From Octopus bimaculoides (Eukaryota), in contig NC_068984.1 in NCBI RefSeq assembly GCF_001194135.2, positions 14,849,193-14,913,192 on the forward strand: a stretch of 64,000 nt of DNA, read 5' to 3'. The position numbers were made by a program, and so were the translations under genes. Shown in pieces: positions 63,075-64,000 of this stretch. The notes below the pieces were generated by a model. It made no database searches and was not told the DNA's origin. It saw only the letters and a list, made by a program, of their open reading frames with translations. Each line of letters starts with the position of its first letter. Positions within the stretch are counted from its first letter, which is position 1.

Positions 63075-63245
63075 AAATGTGTGTGCATCTGTGTGCCTGT
63101 GTCTGTGTGTGTCTGTGTATGAGTGTGTGTGTGTGTGTGTGTGTGTGTGTCTGTGTGAAAGTGCAAAAGTTTGTGTGAAAGTGTCTGTGTGAAAGTCTGT
63201 GTGAAAGTCTGTGTTTGTGTGAAAGTCTGTGTGTGTGTGTGAAAG
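63075..63245. repeat. (GT)n grading into a 12-bp TGTGTGAAAGTC minisatellite
   Basis: About 6-7 GTGTGAAAG units at 63150-63245. Confidence 0.88.
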
Positions 63246-63984
63246 CTAAAGACCTTGTGTACGCACCGTAGTTTCGTTTTTGCAATTCTGTTTTCTGCGC
63301 TTAAATGTTTCTGTTAACCTATTTTTCACGACAGGAAATAAAGATGAATTTTAAAAAGTGAACCAAAATTTGCCGTCAATCTTGGTGTAAAGCATTGCCG
63401 AAACACTGGAGCGTAATGTCTAAACGACGGCTGCCGGTGACAAATACAGAAATAATTGCATTTTAGCTTGCATCTTGCAGATTATTTTAACCAGATGCAC
63501 ATTGAATAAAAAAAAAACGTTGGACATTATTTGCAACAAGCGCCGACTTGTCATGTATTCATTCATTGATTTATTGGTTTATTTCTTTATTCATAAAAAT
63601 ATTTCCATGAACTACAACGCTGAGTTTAAGAAACTGGCGACTCTTTATACTCTCCCTTACTGGTATAAGACAAATCTAGATATCTTATAGCAGTCTGTTA
63701 CATGAGGTCGGCATGAATCTGTATTTATCTTTCTGTTAGGGAAAGCTAACGTAAATGATTAATTTGGCTAAGGCGTATGGCCATTTTATAAGATTGTAGT
63801 CAGTGAAAATTTCCTCCATCTTACTGCTATTTGTTACTTTATCGATCTTGAAGAAATGGATTCCAAGGATGCAAAAAAGTGGCGGAATGAACTGGAACAG
63901 GTCTTAGAACGTATTAAACAAAAGTACCTGAGTGAACGCAGTAATTAACTGATACCAATTAAAAATCATAATATCTCATTAAGA

Positions 63985-64000
63985 TGGTGAGCTGGCAGAA
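63985..64000 (+). mobile_element. Head of a family A SINE at the window edge
   Basis: GGTGAGCTGGCAGAA. Confidence 0.6.

Overview
AT-rich, repeat-saturated eukaryotic DNA, most likely intron or intergenic sequence of a coleoid cephalopod (Octopus-like tRNA-SINE families and very dense microsatellites; the species is inferred from recall, not searched). About 5 kb is N gaps, almost all at microsatellites. I could not identify any intact protein-coding gene, tRNA, rRNA or CRISPR array. Almost all ORFs in the supplied track are microsatellite or N read-throughs, or degraded transposon frames. Supported content: (1) at least four tRNA-derived SINE families in about 25 full or partial copies; (2) fragments of R4/Dong-type RLE LINEs, RTE LINEs and other APE LINEs; (3) four Penelope-like GIY-YIG remnants, one in an inverted arrangement; (4) hAT, Tc1 and DD37D/maT-type transposase remnants; (5) three MITEs, one with a perfect 8-bp TSD. 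The most unusual structures are a ~430-bp array of a conserved 13-bp core with variable spacers and a 51-52-bp higher-order period (19770-20198), a 178-bp-arm palindrome (3827-4204), an RTE derivative that keeps both ends but lacks the RT and has an internal 380-bp inversion (42480-44270), and degenerate hammerhead-ribozyme motifs. All translations and alignments were done by eye. Family assignments rest on remembered motifs and need RepeatMasker/Dfam/HMM confirmation.
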